A stretch of 60,573 bases of DNA. Source: Rickettsiales bacterium (GTDB taxonomy: Bacteria > Pseudomonadota > Alphaproteobacteria > Methylaequorales > Methylaequoraceae). The stretch lies in NCBI GenBank assembly GCA_002689325.1, contig NZFP01000019.1, positions 1 to 60,573 on the forward strand, given 5' to 3'. The notes under the pieces were generated by a model that was given only the letters and a program-made list of their open reading frames with translations, did not search any database and had not been told where the DNA came from. The position numbers were made by a program, and so were the translations under genes. The number at the start of each line of letters is the position of its first letter. Within the stretch, counting starts at the first letter, position 1. Shown here piece after piece: positions 57,331-60,573 of this stretch.

Positions 57331-57618
57331 ATGTCAATTGATAACCAAACAGTAAGAAAAGTTTCTAAACTCGCAAAAATTAAAATTAATGAAAAAGAAG
57401 AAACTAAATTTATTGAGGAATTAAATAATATTCTTGGATGGGTAGATGAGCTTAAAAAAGTAGATACCGAGCAAATAGAACCTATGCTATCAGTTTTTAA
57501 TGAATCTATGGTTATGAGAAAGGATGAGGTGTCATCTGAAACCCTCGACGAGTTAGTTTTAAAGAATGCCCCAGAGAGTAAATCTGGCTTTTTTGTTGTA
57601 CCTAAGGTAATAGAGTAG
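57331..57618 (+). CDS. gatC: Asp/Glu-tRNA amidotransferase subunit C
   Basis: 95 aa. VRKVSKLAKIKINEKEE...ILGWVDELKKVDT is a typical GatC sequence. It lies upstream of gatA. Confidence 0.93.
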   Translation: MSIDNQTVRKVSKLAKIKINEKEETKFIEELNNILGWVDELKKVDTEQIEPMLSVFNESMVMRKDEVSSETLDELVLKNAPESKSGFFVVPKVIE

Positions 57619-57619
57619 A

Positions 57620-59071
57620 GTGACGGATTTTAAAAACCTAGATATTTCTACTGCCAAAGAATATCTTCAAAAAAAAGAATTTAGCTCACTAGAACTTACA
57701 AAGTTTTTTATTGATAGAATCGAAAAATCTGACCTTAATTGTTTCATAACTAAAACATTTGAAGATGCAATTCACATGGCAAAAGAATCTGATAAAAAAA
57801 TCTCTAGAAATGAAGAAATTGGAATTTTAGAGGGTATTCCAATAGGTATGAAAGATCTTTTTTGTACTAAAGGAGTGAGAACAACAGCTGGTTCAAAAAT
57901 TCTTGAAAACTTTGTTCCCTTTTATGAATCAACTGTATCTGAAAATTTACTAAGTGATGGCGCGGTAATTCTTGGAAAAACAAATATGGACGAGTTTGCA
58001 ATGGGTTCTGCAAATACCACTAGTTTCTTTGGTAATGTTATAAATCCTCTAAAGTCTGGTGGAGAGAAAAATAAAAACCTTGTTCCAGGTGGATCTTCAG
58101 GAGGCTCGGCCTCTTCAGTTGCAGCAAATTTGTGTATGGCCGCAACTGGCTCAGATACTGGTGGTTCAATTCGTCAACCGGCATCCTTCTGTGGATTAGT
58201 TGGATTAAAACCAAGTTATGGCAGATGTTCACGTTTCGGCATGATAGCTTTTGCATCATCACTCGACCAAGCGGGTCCAATTACGAAAACAGTAAAAGAT
58301 GCAGCAATAGTGCTTCAGTCAATGAGCAGTTATGATGCAAAAGATTCTACAAGCTCAAGAAAATCAATTCCTCAATATCTAGACTTTCTAAACTTTGATA
58401 TCAAAGGAAAAAAGATTGGTTTACCAACTGAATATAAAGTTGAAGGTTTAAATTCTGATATTGTTAGGGTTTGGGAAGATACTGAAAACCTATTTAAAAA
58501 AAATGGCGCTGAAATAGTAAATATTTCTCTTCCACATACAAGTTATGCCTTACCCACTTATTATATAATTGCTCCGGCTGAGGCATCAGCTAACCTTGCA
58601 AGATACGATGGAGTAAAGTACGGCTTTAGGGAAAAAAGCGATGACCTTGAAGACATGTACGAACTTACGAGAGCAAAAGGTTTTGGGGATGAAGTAAAAA
58701 GAAGATTATTGATTGGTACGTATGTATTGTCTGCGGGTTACTATGATGCTTATTATTTAAAAGCACTTAAAGTTAGACAATTAATTTCAGATGATTTTAA
58801 AAATGCATTTGAAAAATGTGATTTAATTTTAACTCCTACTACTCCAAATGTAGCTTTTCCTATCGGAGAAAAACAAAAAGATCCAATTGAAATGTATCTC
58901 AATGATGTTCTAACGGTTCCTGCCAGTTTAGCAGGGCTTCCTGCTATTTCTGTAACGGCAGGTAAAAACTCAAATAACCTTCCTATTGGTATGCAAGTTA
59001 TAGGAAGACCTTTTGAGGAAATTTCAGTACTTGCTGCAGGAAAATTGATAGAGGAGTGTAGAGGTTTTTGA
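57620..59071 (+). CDS. gatA: Asp/Glu-tRNA amidotransferase subunit A
   Basis: Amidase signature GGSSGGSASSVAA...GSDTGGSIRQPA. GTG start. Confidence 0.97.
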   Translation: MTDFKNLDISTAKEYLQKKEFSSLELTKFFIDRIEKSDLNCFITKTFEDAIHMAKESDKKISRNEEIGILEGIPIGMKDLFCTKGVRTTAGSKILENFVPFYESTVSENLLSDGAVILGKTNMDEFAMGSANTTSFFGNVINPLKSGGEKNKNLVPGGSSGGSASSVAANLCMAATGSDTGGSIRQPASFCGLVGLKPSYGRCSRFGMIAFASSLDQAGPITKTVKDAAIVLQSMSSYDAKDSTSSRKSIPQYLDFLNFDIKGKKIGLPTEYKVEGLNSDIVRVWEDTENLFKKNGAEIVNISLPHTSYALPTYYIIAPAEASANLARYDGVKYGFREKSDDLEDMYELTRAKGFGDEVKRRLLIGTYVLSAGYYDAYYLKALKVRQLISDDFKNAFEKCDLILTPTTPNVAFPIGEKQKDPIEMYLNDVLTVPASLAGLPAISVTAGKNSNNLPIGMQVIGRPFEEISVLAAGKLIEECRGF

Positions 59072-60522
59072 TGAGCTATTTAATTAACGGAAAAACAGGA
59101 AAATGGGAATTAGTTATGGGACTAGAAGTTCATGCTCAAATAAAATCTAACTCCAAACTATTTTCTACTGCATCTACTCATTGGGGTGCAAAACCAAACT
59201 CTCAGGTTGAATTAGTTGATTCAGGAATGCCTGGAGCTCTTCCTGTGATAAATGAGTATTGTGTTGATCAGGCTATAAAGACTGGGCTAAGTTTAAACGC
59301 AAAAATAAATAAAAAATCTATTTTTGATAGAAAAAATTATTTTTATCCGGACCTTCCGCAAGGATACCAAATTTCACAATTTGAGCATCCAATCGTCGGC
59401 AATGGTTTTTTAGTAATTGAAACTGAAGAAGGTCAAAAAAAGATTGGCATTACAAGAATTCATCTTGAACAGGATGCAGGTAAAAGTATACATGATCAAG
59501 ATGATAAAAGTTCCTTTATAGACTTAAATAGATCTGGTTGTGCATTAATGGAAATAGTTTCAGAGCCTGATTTAAACAGTCCACAGGAGGCTGCACAATA
59601 CGTTAAAAAACTTAGAGCCGTTTTAAAGTGTATCGGAAGTTGTGATGGTAACATGGAGAGAGGAAACCTAAGAGCAGATGTTAATGTTTCTGTACGGAAA
59701 CCTGGAGAAAAATTAGGAACTAGATGCGAGATTAAAAATGTGAATTCAATAAAGTTTATTCAGCAAGCTATTGAATATGAATCTAAAAGACAAGTTGAGC
59801 TAATTGAGAGCGGTCAGAATGTAAATCAAGAAACTAGACTTTTTGATCCAAATAACGGTGAAACCAGGTCTATGAGAGGAAAGGAAGAGTCTCACGATTA
59901 TAGATACTTTCCAGATCCAGATCTCCCTCCATTAGTCATTAATGATGATAGAATAGAAAAAATAAAAAATCAGTTGCCTGAATTACCTGATGAAAAAAAG
60001 AAAAGATTCAAAGAACAATATAAATTAAAAGATTATGATGCGGAAATCCTTGTTGAAGATCAGTTTATTTCATCTTTTTTTGAAGAGTTGGTAGAAAAAA
60101 GAGATTCAAAAATTGTAGTAAGCTGGATTACAGTTGAGCTTTTCTCGTACTTAAAAAAAAAAGATATACAGCTTCAAGACTCTGAAATTAAATCAAAAAA
60201 AATTGGAGATCTTTTAGATCTAATTATTGATGGATCTATTTCAAATAGACAAGCAAAAGAAATTTTTGAAGAGTATTTAGAAACAGATTTAGAAGCCTCA
60301 GATTTCGTGAAGAAAAAAGGGGTAAAACAGGTTTCCGATAAATCGGAAATAGAAGCTTTGATAAAATCTGTTTTACAAAAAAATGAAGGGATGGTAAATG
60401 ATTATAAAAAGGGGAAAGATAAACTATTCGGATTTTTTGTTGGTCAAGTAATGAAAGAATCAAAAGGAAAAGCAAATCCTCAGTTAGTTAATCAAGTGCT
60501 TAAAGACTTATTGTCAAAATAA
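59071..60522 (+). CDS. gatB: Asp/Glu-tRNA amidotransferase subunit B
   Basis: WELVMGLEVHAQ, FDRKNYFYPDLPQGYQISQ, and the C-terminal YqeY-like domain. ATG 59071 overlaps the gatA TGA by 1 nt. Confidence 0.97.
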   Translation: MSYLINGKTGKWELVMGLEVHAQIKSNSKLFSTASTHWGAKPNSQVELVDSGMPGALPVINEYCVDQAIKTGLSLNAKINKKSIFDRKNYFYPDLPQGYQISQFEHPIVGNGFLVIETEEGQKKIGITRIHLEQDAGKSIHDQDDKSSFIDLNRSGCALMEIVSEPDLNSPQEAAQYVKKLRAVLKCIGSCDGNMERGNLRADVNVSVRKPGEKLGTRCEIKNVNSIKFIQQAIEYESKRQVELIESGQNVNQETRLFDPNNGETRSMRGKEESHDYRYFPDPDLPPLVINDDRIEKIKNQLPELPDEKKKRFKEQYKLKDYDAEILVEDQFISSFFEELVEKRDSKIVVSWITVELFSYLKKKDIQLQDSEIKSKKIGDLLDLIIDGSISNRQAKEIFEEYLETDLEASDFVKKKGVKQVSDKSEIEALIKSVLQKNEGMVNDYKKGKDKLFGFFVGQVMKESKGKANPQLVNQVLKDLLSK

Positions 60523-60523
60523 A

Positions 60524-60573
60524 GGAGAGGTGGCCGAGTGGCTGAAGGCGACGGTTTGCTAAACCGTTATAGG
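60524..60573 (+). tRNA. tRNA-Ser (anticodon GCT), 5' part only (runs off the window)
   Basis: GGAGAGG acceptor, TG, D-arm GCCGAGTGGCTGAAGGC, anticodon stem-loop ACGGT-TTGCTAA-ACCGT (anticodon GCT), then the start of a long variable arm. Confidence 0.85.

Noticed and set aside
58038-58335. ORFs 58038-58280(-) and 58132-58335(+) inside gatA
   Set aside because: They overlap the amidase-signature region of gatA in other frames, so they are spurious.
1-60573. Search for CRISPR arrays, IS elements, integrases, toxin-antitoxin or defence islands, and for rRNA, tmRNA, SRP or RNase P genes
   Set aside because: I saw no direct-repeat/spacer arrays, no transposase, integrase or phage-like ORFs, and no GC-rich structured non-coding stretch longer than about 130 bp. 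The only RNA gene I can support is the partial tRNA-Ser at the 3' edge.

Overview
The window is very AT-rich and extremely gene-dense. Many genes overlap by 1-14 nt (ATGA or TGATG junctions), and convergent genes share or abut stop codons. I see no transposase, integrase, prophage, CRISPR array or defence-type gene. By gene order it is core chromosome of a streamlined alphaproteobacterium: lptF-lptG-lptD-surA-pdxA-rsmA opposite pepA-holC-ndk; fabD-fabG-acpP-fabF-mltG-gmk; rpsF-rpsR-membrane protein-rplI-dnaB-alr; mlaEF-cvpA-purF; yfgM-bamB-der; purM-purN; topA-rnr; pyrB-pyrC'-plsY; ruvX opposite gatCAB; and a partial tRNA-Ser(GCT) at the 3' edge. The first 9.9 kb is a minus-strand flagellar block (activator-fliE-fliF-fliG-fliH-fliI-fliJ-fliK-fliL'). 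It is flanked by a second, divergent sigma-54 activator. I do not see an obviously new multi-gene system. The most interesting signals are regulatory or structural. (1) There are two sigma-54-type promoters, one an exact TGGCAC-N5-TTGCA abutting the fliK start codon, plus a GTCA-N6-TGAC inverted repeat. These sit with two complementary, domain-truncated sigma-54 activators and no sensor kinase. (2) Three conserved genes are broken at or next to 10-11 nt homopolymers: the cytochrome c subunit of a flavocytochrome-c sulfide dehydrogenase pair, hda and pdxA. pdxA is colinear with E. coli PdxA but carries three clustered in-frame TAA codons. (3) purM can only start at ATT. (4) The dihydroorotase-like gene next to pyrB has lost its HxH metal ligands (PyrC'-type). 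(5) Two divergent genes have start codons overlapping in one ATGCAT palindrome. Three small genes below the ORF-track length cut-off were found by hand: rpmG, a DUF1289-like ORF and a 40-aa membrane ORF. All homology calls are by-eye motif recognition. No database search was run.
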